Under the pieces are notes generated by a model. That model worked only from the letters and a program-made list of their open reading frames with translations, did not search any database and was not told the DNA's origin. DNA of 64,000 bases from Candidatus Saccharimonadia bacterium (GTDB lineage: Bacteria > Patescibacteriota > Saccharimonadia > UBA4664), in NCBI GenBank assembly GCA_035544015.1, contig DATKIP010000093.1, forward strand, positions 129,156 to 193,155, in the 5' to 3' direction. The first letter of the stretch is position 1; every line of letters begins with the position of its first letter. Both the position numbers and the translations under genes were made by a program. Positions 32,359 through 43,080 of this stretch are shown piece by piece.

Positions 32359-32990
32359 ACAAAGTAACCGCTTACTCGAAGACGGGCACTACCCGCGAGG
32401 CTGGCCACCAGCTCGACGCGACCGTATTTGGCGTCGAGGCCAACCATGAGCTCGTCGCGCAAGCTTACCGCACCTATCTGGCCAACGGCCGCGTAGCCGG
32501 CGCCAGCACCCTCAAGCGCGGCCAAGTCGCCGGCGGTGGCAAGAAGCCCTGGAAGCAAAAAGGCACGGGCCGGGCCCGCGTCGGCTCCATCCGTGTGCCC
32601 AACTGGCGAGGCGGCGGCGTGGTGTTTGGCCCCACCGGCAACGAGAACCACACCATTACTCTGCCGGTGCGCATGAAGCGTGCCGCCATTCGCCAAGCTC
32701 TCAGCCTGCGCGCCGAGGCCGGCAATATCGTGGTAATCGAAGCGTTCACAAGCGCCGATGGCAAAGTTAAGCCCACCGTCGAGCTCCTGAGCAAAATGGG
32801 TCTCGCCGGCAGCATCCTGATGGCCGTCAGCGTCAAAGACAACCTCACCGAGCGCGCCACGCGCAACGTGGCTGGCCTCAAGGTTGTTCAGGCCCAGTAC
32901 CTCAACGTCTTCGACATCATGAGCGTCGACACCATTGTTATCACCGAGAAAGCCCTCGACATGATCAAAGACTGGCTGGGAGAGAAATAA
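32355..32990 (+). CDS. rplD: 50S ribosomal protein L4
   Basis: KKPWKQKGTGRAR.GS, GGGVVFGP. Confidence 0.99.
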   Translation: MNKVTAYSKTGTTREAGHQLDATVFGVEANHELVAQAYRTYLANGRVAGASTLKRGQVAGGGKKPWKQKGTGRARVGSIRVPNWRGGGVVFGPTGNENHTITLPVRMKRAAIRQALSLRAEAGNIVVIEAFTSADGKVKPTVELLSKMGLAGSILMAVSVKDNLTERATRNVAGLKVVQAQYLNVFDIMSVDTIVITEKALDMIKDWLGEK

Positions 32991-33271
32991 TGTCACACCT
33001 CATGCTTACCCCCAAGATTAGCGAAAAAGCTATTTACCTCGCCGAACGCGGCATTTACGTGTTCGAGGTGCCGTCCGATACCAACAAGATCGAGGTGGCC
33101 AAGGCTGTCGAAGCCATGTTTAAGGTCAATGTAGTCGACGTGAACATTGCCATCACCAAGGGCAAGCTCAAGCGCTACAAGCAGATCTTTGGTCGCCAAA
33201 AAGACGTCAAGAAGGCCATGGTTAAGCTGCGGAGCGGTCAAACGATCGCCCTATTTGAGGGAGCAAAGTAA
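32990..33271 (+). CDS. rplW: 50S ribosomal protein L23
   Basis: PKISEKA, NKIEV, KKAMV; gene order. Confidence 0.98.
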   Translation: MSHLMLTPKISEKAIYLAERGIYVFEVPSDTNKIEVAKAVEAMFKVNVVDVNIAITKGKLKRYKQIFGRQKDVKKAMVKLRSGQTIALFEGAK

Positions 33272-34122
33272 TGGCTATTAAACTGTATAAACCAACCACG
33301 CCCGGCCGCCGCGGCATGACCACGGCCGACACCGAGGGACTTTCGAGGAAGCGCCCCGAAAAGTCGCTCATCGTTGCCAAGAAAACCGGCTCGGGCCGCA
33401 ACAATCAAGGCAAAATCACCGTCCGCCACCGCGGTGGTGGCATGAAGCGTTTCTACCGCCTCGTCGACTTTAACTTCAAATCGGTAGCCTCGGCCAAAGT
33501 CGAAGCCCTTGAGTACGACCCCAACCGTTCGGCCCACATCGCGCTCGTGCGCATCGAAGGCGGCAAGCTAGCCTACGTGCTGGCCGGCGCCGGCATGAAG
33601 GTTGGCGACCAGCTCGCTTCGGGCGAAGAGGCCGCCATTCGCGCCGGCAATCGCCTGGCCCTCAAGAGCATTCCCGCTGGCACCCAGATCTACAACATCG
33701 AGCTCGTCCTCGGCAAGGGCGGCCAGATCGCTCGCTCCGCCGGTACCAAGGCCTCGCTGGTATCCAAAGAGTCCACCAAGGCCGGCTTCGTCCAGGTGAA
33801 GCTCCCGAGCGGCGAAGTGCGTCTCGTAAACGAAAATTGCCAGGCTACCATCGGCACCGTTGGCAACGAGCAGCACCAGAACATTAAGTACGGCTCAGCC
33901 GGCCGCCGCCGCCGCCTCGGTTGGCGCCCCGCCGTTCGCGGTAAGGCCATGAACCCCGTCGATCACCCCCACGGTGGTGGAGAAGGCGCGCAGCCCACAG
34001 CTATTTATAAATACGGCCAGAAGACGCCATGGGGCAAGCCGGCTTTGGGTCTCAAGACCCGCCGCCGCAAGTCCACCGACGCCATGATTATCCGCGGCCG
34101 CGGCAAAGGTAGGAGACGCTAG
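33271..34122 (+). CDS. rplB: 50S ribosomal protein L2
   Basis: EYDPNRSA, MNPVDHPHGGGEG. Confidence 0.99.
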   Translation: MAIKLYKPTTPGRRGMTTADTEGLSRKRPEKSLIVAKKTGSGRNNQGKITVRHRGGGMKRFYRLVDFNFKSVASAKVEALEYDPNRSAHIALVRIEGGKLAYVLAGAGMKVGDQLASGEEAAIRAGNRLALKSIPAGTQIYNIELVLGKGGQIARSAGTKASLVSKESTKAGFVQVKLPSGEVRLVNENCQATIGTVGNEQHQNIKYGSAGRRRRLGWRPAVRGKAMNPVDHPHGGGEGAQPTAIYKYGQKTPWGKPALGLKTRRRKSTDAMIIRGRGKGRRR

Positions 34123-34395
34123 ATGAGTCGTTCACTCAAAAAAGGACCCCACGTAGACCAGCGGTTGCTCGGGCGCATTGTAGCACTCCCGGCCGGTGAT
34201 AAGTCGGTGCTCAAGACCTGGGCCCGCGCCTCCACCATTTCTCCCGAGATGGTCGGCCACACCATCGCCGTACACAACGGCCGCATGCACGTACCCGTGT
34301 TCGTATCTGAAAATATGGTTGGCCACAAGCTCGGCGAATTCTCGCCCACCCGCAAGTTCCGCGGCCACGGCGGTAAATTGGCGAAGAGTAAATAA
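34123..34395 (+). CDS. rpsS: 30S ribosomal protein S19
   Basis: [16 protein letters not shown]. Confidence 0.99.
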   Translation: MSRSLKKGPHVDQRLLGRIVALPAGDKSVLKTWARASTISPEMVGHTIAVHNGRMHVPVFVSENMVGHKLGEFSPTRKFRGHGGKLAKSK

Positions 34396-34904
34396 TGAAA
34401 ACCTCAGCTACAGCTAAATTTGTCGGCACCTCGGCTCGCAAGACCGGGCTCGTGGCCGCCCTCATCCGCGGTCGTCGCGCCGTCGACGCTCAGGCCATCC
34501 TGGCCAACACCGACAAACGCGCCACCACGCCCGTGGGCAAGGTGCTCGCCTCGGCCATTGCCAACGCCGAAAACAACCACAACGCCAAAGTCGCCAACCT
34601 GGTGATCGAGGCCGTCCTTATCGGCCCCGGCCCCACGCTCAAGCGCTCCCGTCCCCGCGCCAAAGGCAGCGCCAGCGCCATCCGCAAGCGCTCCAGCCAC
34701 ATCACCGTCATCGTCAGCGACGGCGCATCGGTGGTAGTAGACGCAGGCAGCGCGAAGGGATCAGTCGCCTCGCCAGCCGGCGTAGGTTCTGATACCGGTT
34801 CCACCGAAAAGAAGGGTAGCGTTCGTCGGTCAGAGGCGACTGATCCCGCAGCGCCTAAAGCCAAAGCAGAGACCGCCAAAGAAGCTAAAGAGGAGGCCAA
34901 GTAA
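34395..34904 (+). CDS. rplV: 50S ribosomal protein L22 with a long C-terminal extension
   Basis: SAIANAENN, GPTLKR..PRAKG, SHITV. Confidence 0.98.
   Translation: MKTSATAKFVGTSARKTGLVAALIRGRRAVDAQAILANTDKRATTPVGKVLASAIANAENNHNAKVANLVIEAVLIGPGPTLKRSRPRAKGSASAIRKRSSHITVIVSDGASVVVDAGSAKGSVASPAGVGSDTGSTEKKGSVRRSEATDPAAPKAKAETAKEAKEEAK
34757..34847. repeat. Perfect 15-bp inverted repeat inside the rplV extension
   Basis: gggatcagtcgcctc (34757-34771) / gaggcgactgatccc (34833-34847). Confidence 0.85.
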
Positions 34905-35530
34905 TGGGCCAGAAGATCAATCCCCGCAGCATGCGCCTCCAGGTCGACCACGACTGGCAGTCACGCTGGTACGCCGACCGCGATTACGCCACCTTCCTGA
35001 TCCAGGACCTCAAGTTGCGCGCGGCCATCTCGAAGAAGCTCAACAAGCGCGCCGGCGTGGCCCGTGTCGACATCGAGCGCTCGCCCGGCCAGTTGGTTGT
35101 TACCATCCACACCTCCAAGCCCGGCGTGGTCATCGGCCGCGGCGGTAGCGGCGCCGAAGAGCTCAAGACCCTGCTGGCCGCCATCGTTGGCGGTCCGGTG
35201 AAAGTCTCGATCGAAGAGGTCAAGAAGCCCGAAACCAACGCCATGCTCGTCGCCGAGAACATCGCCGGCCAGCTCGAGCGCCGCATCAGCTTCCGCCGCG
35301 CCATGAAGATGAGCGTCGAAAACGCCATGAAGAGCGGCGCGCTCGGCGCCAAAGTCGCCATCGCCGGCCGCCTCAACGGCGCCGAAATGGCCCGCCGCGA
35401 AAACGTCAGCCAGGGCAGCATTCCGCTCCACACCCTACGCGCCGACATCGACTACGCTCAGGCGCTGGCCAAGACCACCTACGGCGTCATTGGCGTGAAG
35501 GTTTGGGTATATAAAGGTTCGAAGTTTTAG
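34904..35530 (+). CDS. rpsC: 30S ribosomal protein S3
   Basis: MGQKINP, KPGVVIG, GRLNGAEMAR, PLHTLRADID. Confidence 0.99.
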   Translation: MGQKINPRSMRLQVDHDWQSRWYADRDYATFLIQDLKLRAAISKKLNKRAGVARVDIERSPGQLVVTIHTSKPGVVIGRGGSGAEELKTLLAAIVGGPVKVSIEEVKKPETNAMLVAENIAGQLERRISFRRAMKMSVENAMKSGALGAKVAIAGRLNGAEMARRENVSQGSIPLHTLRADIDYAQALAKTTYGVIGVKVWVYKGSKF

Positions 35531-35539
35531 GACACCGCT

Positions 35540-35968
35540 ATGTTAATGCCAAAGAAAACCAAGTTTAGAAAGCAGATGAAGGGCGTAATGCGTGGCAATG
35601 CCACCCGTGGCACCGAGATCGCTTTTGGTACCTACGCGCTAAAGGCCGAGGCATCGGAGCGCATCACGAGCCGCCAGATCGAGGCTGCTCGCCGTGCCAT
35701 GACCCGCTACGTCAAGCGTGGCGGCAAAATCTGGATCCGCATTTTCCCCGACACGCCCATCACCAAGAAGCCAGCCGAAGTCCGCATGGGTTCGGGTAAA
35801 GGCTCGGTCGACCACTACGTCGCCAAGGTCAAAACCGGCGCCATCATGTTCGAAATGGACGGCGTCGACATCGAAACCGCCAAGGAAGCCATGCGTCTAG
35901 CCGCTCACAAATTACCCATCCCCACGCGATTTATCGTCCGTGAAGTCCCGGGAGAGACCCAGTCATGA
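35540..35968 (+). CDS. rplP: 50S ribosomal protein L16
   Basis: QIEAAR, RIFPD, RMGSGKG. Confidence 0.99.
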   Translation: MLMPKKTKFRKQMKGVMRGNATRGTEIAFGTYALKAEASERITSRQIEAARRAMTRYVKRGGKIWIRIFPDTPITKKPAEVRMGSGKGSVDHYVAKVKTGAIMFEMDGVDIETAKEAMRLAAHKLPIPTRFIVREVPGETQS

Positions 35969-36177
35969 TTAAGTTGAATGAAATAACCAAGAAGACCGAC
36001 CAGGAACTAAACGACTTTATCGTTTCCGAACGCGCAGCATTGGCCCAGGCCATCATCGACAGCCGCACCAAGGAAGTCAAAGGCGTCAAAATTCTGGCGG
36101 CTCACAAGAAAACCATCGCCCGTGCGCTCACGCTTCGCCGCGAACGCGCGATCGCTAAAGAGGAGGCCGCGTCATGA
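35965..36177 (+). CDS. rpmC: 50S ribosomal protein L29 (divergent)
   Basis: KKTIARALT; position between rplP and rpsQ. Confidence 0.9.
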   Translation: MIKLNEITKKTDQELNDFIVSERAALAQAIIDSRTKEVKGVKILAAHKKTIARALTLRRERAIAKEEAAS

Positions 36178-36425
36178 TTCGAACACTTCGGGGGACAGTT
36201 GTCTCCGACAAAATGGACAAGACGGTCGTGGTCGCGGTAAACAGTGTCAAAGAACACCCGATCTACCGTAAGAAGTACAAAGTAACCACTCGCTTCAAGG
36301 CTCACGACGCCGAGAACGCAATGCATACCGGAGACCTCGTGGAGATCACCGAGACTCGGCCATTGTCGAAAGACAAGCGCTGGGAAGTTGCCCGTAAAGT
36401 GACGGCCAAGGAGATGGAGGCCTAA
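36174..36425 (+). CDS. rpsQ: 30S ribosomal protein S17
   Basis: [21 protein letters not shown]. Confidence 0.99.
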   Translation: MIRTLRGTVVSDKMDKTVVVAVNSVKEHPIYRKKYKVTTRFKAHDAENAMHTGDLVEITETRPLSKDKRWEVARKVTAKEMEA

Positions 36426-36426
36426 T

Positions 36427-36795
36427 ATGATTCAGGCAGAAACCAGACTCAAAGTAGCCGACAACTCCGGCGCCAAGGACATCTTGTGCATCAAGGTGCT
36501 CGGTGGCTCACGCCGTCGCTACGCCCACGTTGGCGACATCATCACCGCCAGCGTCAAGTCGGCCTTGCCCGGTGCCGGCGTCAAGAAAAAAGAAATAGTT
36601 CGGGCGGTCATCGTGCGCACCGTCAAAGACACCAAGCGCGCCGACGGCTCCAGCATTCGCTTCGATGAAAACGCCGCCGTACTCATCACCAAAGACGGCC
36701 TGCCCCGCGGCACCCGCATCTTTGGCCCCATTGCCCGCGAGCTGCGCGACGGTGGCTATATGAAGATTATCTCGCTCGCTCCGGAGGTGCTGTAA
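36427..36795 (+). CDS. rplN: 50S ribosomal protein L14
   Basis: [22 protein letters not shown]. Confidence 0.99.
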   Translation: MIQAETRLKVADNSGAKDILCIKVLGGSRRRYAHVGDIITASVKSALPGAGVKKKEIVRAVIVRTVKDTKRADGSSIRFDENAAVLITKDGLPRGTRIFGPIARELRDGGYMKIISLAPEVL

Positions 36796-37172
36796 TGAAA
36801 CTCCGTAGAGACGATAAAGTCATCGTGATCACCGGCCGCGACAAGGGCAAAACCGGCACCGTTATGGCCGTACTCCCCGCGCAAAACAAGATTGTGGTCG
36901 AGAACATCAACGTGGTAAAGCGCCACACCAAGCCCTCGCAGAAACTCCCGCGCGGCGGCATCCTGGACATCACCAAGCCTATCGACGCCTCCAAGGTCAT
37001 GGTGCTCGACCCCGCCTCCGGCAAACCGGCTCGCGTTGGTTACCAGATCAAGCCCGACGGCACCAAGGAGCGCATCTTCAAGGTGAGCGCCAATCACGAC
37101 AAAGCCGCCAAGAAGGCCGAGACCAAACCCGCCAAAAAGTCCCCATCACCTAGCAAAGCAGGTAAGAAGTAA
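36795..37172 (+). CDS. rplX: 50S ribosomal protein L24
   Basis: D.VIVITGRDKGKTG KOW motif. Confidence 0.98.
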   Translation: MKLRRDDKVIVITGRDKGKTGTVMAVLPAQNKIVVENINVVKRHTKPSQKLPRGGILDITKPIDASKVMVLDPASGKPARVGYQIKPDGTKERIFKVSANHDKAAKKAETKPAKKSPSPSKAGKK

Positions 37173-37717
37173 TGAATAGATTAAGCGAAAAATACCAGAA
37201 AACCGCCGTACCGGCACTCAAAGATGAGTTCAAGTACACCAATCCTCACCAAGTCCCCCGCATCCAGAAGGTCGTGGTGAGTGCCGGTGTGGGTCGCGCA
37301 GTCAGTGATGCCAAGCATCTCGACGCCGCGGCTGAGACGCTCGCCAAAATCACCGGTCAGCACCCCGTTACCACCATCGCCCGCAAGAGCATCGCCAGCT
37401 TCAAGCTGCGCGAAGGCAACAAGGTCGGTACCACCGTCACGCTGCGCGGGGCTCGCGCCGAAGAGTTCGTGGACCTGCTCGTGAGCGTGGTGTTGCCCCG
37501 CATCCGCGACTTCCGCGGCATTTCGGCCACCGCCTTCGATCCATTTGGCAATTACAGCCTCGGACTGCCCGATCACACCATCTTCCCGCAGATCGCCTTC
37601 GAAGAAGCCGGCGCTCCGCACGGATTGCAGATCAATGTGGTCACGAGCGCTAAAACTGCCGCCGAAGGCAAACGTTTACTACAGTTAATGGGATTTCCCT
37701 TTAGGAAGGACGCATAA
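37172..37717 (+). CDS. rplE: 50S ribosomal protein L5
   Basis: [20 protein letters not shown]. Confidence 0.99.
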   Translation: MNRLSEKYQKTAVPALKDEFKYTNPHQVPRIQKVVVSAGVGRAVSDAKHLDAAAETLAKITGQHPVTTIARKSIASFKLREGNKVGTTVTLRGARAEEFVDLLVSVVLPRIRDFRGISATAFDPFGNYSLGLPDHTIFPQIAFEEAGAPHGLQINVVTSAKTAAEGKRLLQLMGFPFRKDA

Positions 37718-37902
37718 TGGCACGAGTAGCACTAGTCGTAAAAGCTGCGCGCAAACCGAAGTTTTCGACCCGCAAAGTCAACCGCTGCCAGGTTTGTGGT
37801 CGTCCGCGCGGTTATATCCGTAAATTCGCCCTGTGCCGGATATGCTTCCGCGAATTCGCTTCGCGCGGGCAAATCCCCGGCGTCACTAAGGCGAGTTGGT
37901 AA
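37717..37902 (+). CDS. rpsZ: 30S ribosomal protein S14, Zn-binding type Z
   Basis: [24 protein letters not shown]. Confidence 0.98.
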   Translation: MARVALVVKAARKPKFSTRKVNRCQVCGRPRGYIRKFALCRICFREFASRGQIPGVTKASW

Positions 37903-37913
37903 GGAGATAAGCT

Positions 37914-38300
37914 ATGTTTAACGATTCAATTTCCGATCTCCTCACGCGCATCCGCAACGCCAACACGGCGCACAAGCGCTTGGTGGTGATGCCGTATTCC
38001 AAGCTCAAGGCGCAGGTCGCCGAGATCTTGGCCGCTAATGGCTTCCTCGAGGACGTCAAAGTGGCTGAGGATGGTGGCTTCAAGTCGCTCGAGCTGACGC
38101 TCCCGGCCAGCCCCGACACCATCACCTCGCTCATTCGCGTGTCCAAGCCGGGCCGCCGCGTCTACACGAGCGCTCAAGATATCCCGCTGGTTCTCGGCGG
38201 GCGCGGCCTCGTCATCGTCTCCACCTCAGGTGGCGTCATGACCGGCCGAGACGCTCGCAAGAAGGGCTTGGGCGGCGAACTAATCTGTAGGGTGTGGTAA
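37914..38300 (+). CDS. rpsH: 30S ribosomal protein S8
   Basis: DLLTRIRNA, SKPGRRVY, GGELIC. Confidence 0.99.
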   Translation: MFNDSISDLLTRIRNANTAHKRLVVMPYSKLKAQVAEILAANGFLEDVKVAEDGGFKSLELTLPASPDTITSLIRVSKPGRRVYTSAQDIPLVLGGRGLVIVSTSGGVMTGRDARKKGLGGELICRVW

Positions 38301-38301
38301 C

Positions 38302-38841
38302 ATGAGTAGAATTGGACGAAAACCAATTATCGTGCCGGCCGGCGTCAACGTCGAGCTCAATGGCCAGCATGTCAAAGTCACCGGTCCCAAGGGCGCGCTT
38401 GAGCTAACCGTGCTCCCCGGTATCACCATCGAGCAAGACGGCTCCACGCTCACGCTCGCCCGAGCCGTAGAAACCGCCGAAACTGGCCGCTCATACGGCC
38501 TGATGCGCACGCTCGTCGACAACATGGTGGTGGGCGTTTCGAGCGGCTTCACCCGCGCGCTCGAAATCAACGGCGTCGGTTTCCGCGCTGCGGTCGCCGG
38601 TAACACCATCAATCTCAGCCTCGGATTCTCGCACCCAGTCGTGTTTACCCTGCCACAGGGGGTCGAAGCCAAGATCGAGAAGAACGTCATCACCCTCAGT
38701 GGCTTCGACAAGCAGCAAGTCGGCCAAGTCGCCGCCAACCTGCGGGCGCTCAAGAAGCCGGAGCCGTACAAGGGCAAGGGTATCAAATACGTAGAGGAGC
38801 AGATCCGCCGCAAGGCCGGCAAGACTGCTACAAAGGGTTAA
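38302..38841 (+). CDS. rplF: 50S ribosomal protein L6
   Basis: MSRIGR.P, PEPYKGKGI. Confidence 0.99.
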   Translation: MSRIGRKPIIVPAGVNVELNGQHVKVTGPKGALELTVLPGITIEQDGSTLTLARAVETAETGRSYGLMRTLVDNMVVGVSSGFTRALEINGVGFRAAVAGNTINLSLGFSHPVVFTLPQGVEAKIEKNVITLSGFDKQQVGQVAANLRALKKPEPYKGKGIKYVEEQIRRKAGKTATKG

Positions 38842-38846
38842 AAACT

Positions 38847-39194
38847 ATGATTAATCAAACACTAGCCAAACTCAACCGCCGCCGCGCCCGCGTTCGCTCC
38901 CGGGTATCGGGTGTGGCCGCGCGCCCGCGTCTGTCAGTCAAGATCACCCTCAGCCACGTGCAAGCCCAGCTCATCGATGACACTACCGGCCGCACGCTCG
39001 CCGCCGCCACGACCGTCGGACAAGATGTCAAAGGCACGATGACCGAAAAAGCCGTATGGGTAGGCGAAAAGATTGCCACCGCCGCCAAGGCCAAGAAGAT
39101 TAAGCAGGTCGTGTTCGACCGCAACGGCCGCATCTACCACGGCCGCCTGCACGCACTCGCCGAGGCCGCCCGTAACGCTGGATTGGAGTTTTAG
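38847..39194 (+). CDS. rplR: 50S ribosomal protein L18
   Basis: RPRLSV, AQLIDD, VVFDR..YHGR. Confidence 0.99.
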   Translation: MINQTLAKLNRRRARVRSRVSGVAARPRLSVKITLSHVQAQLIDDTTGRTLAAATTVGQDVKGTMTEKAVWVGEKIATAAKAKKIKQVVFDRNGRIYHGRLHALAEAARNAGLEF

Positions 39195-39195
39195 C

Positions 39196-39699
39196 ATGGC
39201 TATCGAACAACAGCCCAAAGAATTCGAAGAAAAGGTCATAGCCATCGACCGCGTCGCACGCGTCGTGAAGGGTGGTCGTCGCTTCCGCTTCCGCGCCACC
39301 GTCGTGGTCGGCGATGGCAAGGGCCGCGTCGGCGTCGGCGTCGGCAAGGGCTCAGAGGTTATGACCTCTATCGCCAAGGCCGTCGCTCGTGCCAAAAGCC
39401 AAATGATCACCGTGCCGCTCAAAGATCGCACCATCCCGCACGAAATCCAGGTTCGGTTTGCCGGCGCTATCGTGCTCCTCAAGCCCGCCTCGGCTGGTAC
39501 CGGCGTTATCGCCGGCGGCGCCGTCCGCAATGTCGTGGAAGTAGCCGGCATCCGAGACCTGTTGACCAAATCACTCGGCTCAAGTAATAAAGTAAACAAT
39601 GCTTATGCCACCGCCCTGGCCCTTTCTCGCCTCAAAGGCGAAATCCGGCCGCTAACGCAGAGCAAGACCAAGAAGGAGCCGGCAGCCACTGCCGCATAA
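39196..39699 (+). CDS. rpsE: 30S ribosomal protein S5
   Basis: [24 protein letters not shown]; start 1 nt after the rplR stop. Confidence 0.99.
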   Translation: MAIEQQPKEFEEKVIAIDRVARVVKGGRRFRFRATVVVGDGKGRVGVGVGKGSEVMTSIAKAVARAKSQMITVPLKDRTIPHEIQVRFAGAIVLLKPASAGTGVIAGGAVRNVVEVAGIRDLLTKSLGSSNKVNNAYATALALSRLKGEIRPLTQSKTKKEPAATAA

Positions 39700-39708
39700 G
39701 GACCCGCA

Positions 39709-40254
39709 ATGAAGATTCACGAACTCAATCTCCAGTCCGCCAAGGATAAAAAGCGCGTCGGTCGCGGTATCGGCTCAGGCTACGGCAAGACCGCCGGTCG
39801 CGGTACCAAGGGCCAAAACGCCCGTACCGGCGGCGGTGTCCGCATCGGCTTCGAGGGTGGCCAGAACCCCCTCGCCAAGCGTCTGCCCAAAAAGCGCGGC
39901 TTCACCGCTCTTTCTCACACCGAGTACCAAACCGTAAACCTCGGCTCGCTCGACCGCTTCAAGGCGGGCTCGACGATCGATGGTGCAGCGCTTGCCGCCG
40001 CGGGCCTCGTCAAGAAAGCCGGTGAGCGCATCAAGCTGCTCGGAACCGGCGAAGTTACCAAGAAATTGGTGGTCAAAGTGACCGCCGTCAGTCAGACAGC
40101 CAAAGCCGCCATCGAAGCTGCCGGTGGCTCCATCGAGTTGATCAAATACGTCGCTACCCCCAAAAAGGCCACGCGGCCCCAGCCCGCAGCCGACGACGGC
40201 AAACCAACCGCCAAGTCCGACACTAAGCCCACTGAGGAGCACACCGAGGCATAA
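39709..40254 (+). CDS. rplO: 50S ribosomal protein L15
   Basis: RVGRGIGSG.GKT.GRG.KGQ, GFEGGQ. Confidence 0.99.
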   Translation: MKIHELNLQSAKDKKRVGRGIGSGYGKTAGRGTKGQNARTGGGVRIGFEGGQNPLAKRLPKKRGFTALSHTEYQTVNLGSLDRFKAGSTIDGAALAAAGLVKKAGERIKLLGTGEVTKKLVVKVTAVSQTAKAAIEAAGGSIELIKYVATPKKATRPQPAADDGKPTAKSDTKPTEEHTEA

Positions 40255-41567
40255 TGAACCTATCCAGTCTCAAGCAGATCTACCGTTCCCCAGATCTGCG
40301 CCGGAGGGTGCTGGTGGTTCTTGGTCTCATAATTATCTTCCGCTTCTTGGCGCACGTGCCGGTGCCAGTGCCGGACAATGCCGCGCTGTCGAATTTTCTC
40401 AAATTCATTTTCAACTCCAACAAAGTCCTCGGTTTCGCTGACGTTTTTTCCGGCGGCGCTCTGGCCAATTTCTCGATCATCATGATGGGCGTGGGCCCGT
40501 ATATCAACGCGTCGATCATCATGCAGCTCCTTCAGCAGGTGGTGCCGCAGTTTGAGGCACTCTCCAAAGAGGGTGAGCAAGGCCGCCGCAAGCTCAACCA
40601 ATACACTCGCCTGCTTACCCTACCGCTGGCATTGGTGCAGTCGTTTGGCATGGTGTTTCTCATTCAGCAAACCTCGATTCGCGTGGCCAACACCGACGTC
40701 ATTGGGCATCCCAACCCTTTGCAATGGGCCCTCATGGTCTCGACCATCACCGCCGGCACTATGCTCCTCATGTGGATCGGCGAAATAATCACCGAAAAGG
40801 GGATTGGCAACGGCATCTCGCTCATCATCTTTTGCGGTATCGTTTCACGCCTGCCTACGAGCGCCGGACAGTTCGCTAGCCTGGCTTCCGGCGATGCGGG
40901 TAAAATCATCACCGTTATCGGGTTCTTACTCGCCACCCTCGCCATCATTGCCTTCATAGTGCTGCTCAATGAGGGCACACGCAACATCCCCGTGTCGTAC
41001 GCCAAACGCACCCGTGGTGACCGTATTTTTGCCGGCGTCGACACCCATCTGCCCCTGCGCGTCATCACGGCCGGCGTTATCCCTATCATCTTTGCGCTCG
41101 CGTTTCTCTCGATCCCCGGTTTGCTCGGCCAGGTGCTCACGAGCGCCAAGACCCACTGGGTAGCCCAATTCGCATCTACGCTCAATAGCTGGTTTTCCCC
41201 CAATGGCGTCGTGTACGCGGTCTCGTATTTTGTGCTCGTGGTGGCCTTCACCTACTTCTACACCTCGGTGGTCTTCAATCCCAAAGACATTGCCGAAAAC
41301 CTCCAAAAACAAGGTGGCTTCATTCCCGGCATCCGTCCCGGCAACCAAACCGCAACCTACCTCAAGCGGGTAGTCAACCGCATCACTCTGGCCGGCGCGT
41401 TCGGCCTAGGCTTCATCGCGGTACTGCCGTTTATCGGCCAAGCCTTCACCAATAGCCAGGTCCTCACCTTTGGCGGCACCGGACTGCTCATCGTGGTCTC
41501 GGTAGCTCTCGAGACTCTCAAACAACTCGAAGCCCAGGCTATCACCACCTCCTACGAACAGTATTAG
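40254..41567 (+). CDS. secY: Preprotein translocase subunit SecY
   Basis: PYINASII, GIGNGISL, FIPGIRPG, GGTGLLIVV. Confidence 0.99.
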   Translation: MNLSSLKQIYRSPDLRRRVLVVLGLIIIFRFLAHVPVPVPDNAALSNFLKFIFNSNKVLGFADVFSGGALANFSIIMMGVGPYINASIIMQLLQQVVPQFEALSKEGEQGRRKLNQYTRLLTLPLALVQSFGMVFLIQQTSIRVANTDVIGHPNPLQWALMVSTITAGTMLLMWIGEIITEKGIGNGISLIIFCGIVSRLPTSAGQFASLASGDAGKIITVIGFLLATLAIIAFIVLLNEGTRNIPVSYAKRTRGDRIFAGVDTHLPLRVITAGVIPIIFALAFLSIPGLLGQVLTSAKTHWVAQFASTLNSWFSPNGVVYAVSYFVLVVAFTYFYTSVVFNPKDIAENLQKQGGFIPGIRPGNQTATYLKRVVNRITLAGAFGLGFIAVLPFIGQAFTNSQVLTFGGTGLLIVVSVALETLKQLEAQAITTSYEQY

Positions 41568-41574
41568 GGCAAAC

Positions 41575-42243
41575 ATGGCCGACGCGAGCAACAACCGCCT
41601 CACGCTCCAGGCTTACGAAGATAATCTTCAGGCCTACATCGAAGGTACGCCGCAGACCGTGCACGGGCCGTTTCAGAAGTGGCTCGACCAAGTGCTTGGC
41701 CATATTGCGCGCGGCGGCACCATTCTCGAACTCGGCACCGCCTTTGGCCGGGACGCCGATTATATTGAGGCTCACGGCTTTCGCGTCGTGCGAACCGATG
41801 CCGTCACCGGCTTCGTCGACCTGCTCGCAGCCCAAGCGCAGGCGGCTCATCGGCTCGACGCCCTCGCCGATGATTTTGGTGGTCCCTACGACGCCGTATA
41901 CGCCAATGCTGTCGTACTGCACTTCACGCCCCAACAGCTCGCAGAGGTGCTCCGCAAAGCCCACACGGCCCTCGCCAGCGATGGCATCCTAGCATTTACG
42001 GTCAAACAAGGTAGCGGTGCGGGTTGGAATACCGACAAACTAGGCGCCAAACGCTACTTTCACTATTGGACAGCCGACCCCCTGGCCGAGCTTGTGAAGT
42101 CGGCAAACTTCGAAATAATCCAGCTCGAAAGCGGATCATACCCCCACCGACCCGACACTATCTGGTTGCGGGTGATAGCCCGCAAATCCAACCCAGGAGC
42201 AAAAATCCCCGAAACAGATACAAAAGCCTTTACAACCCACTAA
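41575..42243 (+). CDS. Class I SAM-dependent methyltransferase
   Basis: ILELGTAFGRD, YDAVYANAVVLH. Confidence 0.9.
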   Translation: MADASNNRLTLQAYEDNLQAYIEGTPQTVHGPFQKWLDQVLGHIARGGTILELGTAFGRDADYIEAHGFRVVRTDAVTGFVDLLAAQAQAAHRLDALADDFGGPYDAVYANAVVLHFTPQQLAEVLRKAHTALASDGILAFTVKQGSGAGWNTDKLGAKRYFHYWTADPLAELVKSANFEIIQLESGSYPHRPDTIWLRVIARKSNPGAKIPETDTKAFTTH

Positions 42244-42275
42244 GATTTATCTATAATCGACAACTGTAGTCATAT

Positions 42276-42539
42276 ATGCCAGTCAAGAAGAAACCCACAA
42301 GGCCGGAACGCCCCGGCAAGCGAGCCACAAAGGAAGTAATTGAGCTCGAAGGCACCGTCCTTGAGTCTCTACCAAACGCCCTTTTTAAGGTAGAGCTCGA
42401 GAACGGCCACATTGTGTTAGCGCACATATCTGGCAAAATGAGGATGCACTATATCCGCATCATCCCAGGCGACCGGTTGACTCTGGAAATGACACCGTAC
42501 GACCTTACCAAGGCCCGTATCACGTTCCGGCATAAATAA
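42276..42539 (+). CDS. infA: Translation initiation factor IF-1
   Basis: ESLPNA.F.V.LENG, ISGKMR, PYDLTK.RI. Confidence 0.98.
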   Translation: MPVKKKPTRPERPGKRATKEVIELEGTVLESLPNALFKVELENGHIVLAHISGKMRMHYIRIIPGDRLTLEMTPYDLTKARITFRHK

Positions 42540-42559
42540 TTAACGACGAGGACACCCCC

Positions 42560-42676
42560 GTGAAAGTACGCGCCAGCGTCAAACCAATCTGCGCCCGCTG
42601 CAAAGTCATCAAACGCGAAGGCGTGGTGCGTGTGATTTGCGAAGTGAAGCCCCGTCATAAGCAGAGGCAGGGTTAG
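42560..42676 (+). CDS. rpmJ: 50S ribosomal protein L36 (not in the ORF track)
   Basis: Hand-translated from GTG: [38 protein letters not shown]. Confidence 0.97.
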   Translation: MKVRASVKPICARCKVIKREGVVRVICEVKPRHKQRQG

Positions 42677-42679
42677 CAC

Positions 42680-43066
42680 GTGGCACGTATTTCCGGCGTC
42701 AACATTCCCGAGGCAAAGCGAGTCGAAATCGCCCTCACCTACGTTTTTGGTATTGGTCCCACCACTAGCCGCAAAATTTTAGCCACCACTGGCATCAACC
42801 CCGACACGCGAGTCAAGGACCTCACCGAGCCCGAAATCTCCAAGCTCCGTGAGCTCATCGACAAGAATTACCGGGTCGAAGGTGACCTCCAGCGCGAAAT
42901 CAGTCTCAACATCAAGCGGCTCAAAGAAATCAACTCGTACCGCGGTTTGCGCCACAAGGCCAACCTGCCGGTCCGGGGTCAGCGCACCAAGACCAACGCC
43001 CGCACCAAGCGCGGCCGCAAGGTCACCATGGGCTCCGGTCGTAAAAAAGCGGCATCTAAGACGTAA
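42680..43066 (+). CDS. rpsM: 30S ribosomal protein S13
   Basis: [25 protein letters not shown]. Confidence 0.99.
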   Translation: MARISGVNIPEAKRVEIALTYVFGIGPTTSRKILATTGINPDTRVKDLTEPEISKLRELIDKNYRVEGDLQREISLNIKRLKEINSYRGLRHKANLPVRGQRTKTNARTKRGRKVTMGSGRKKAASKT

Positions 43067-43080
43067 GGAATATTCAGATG

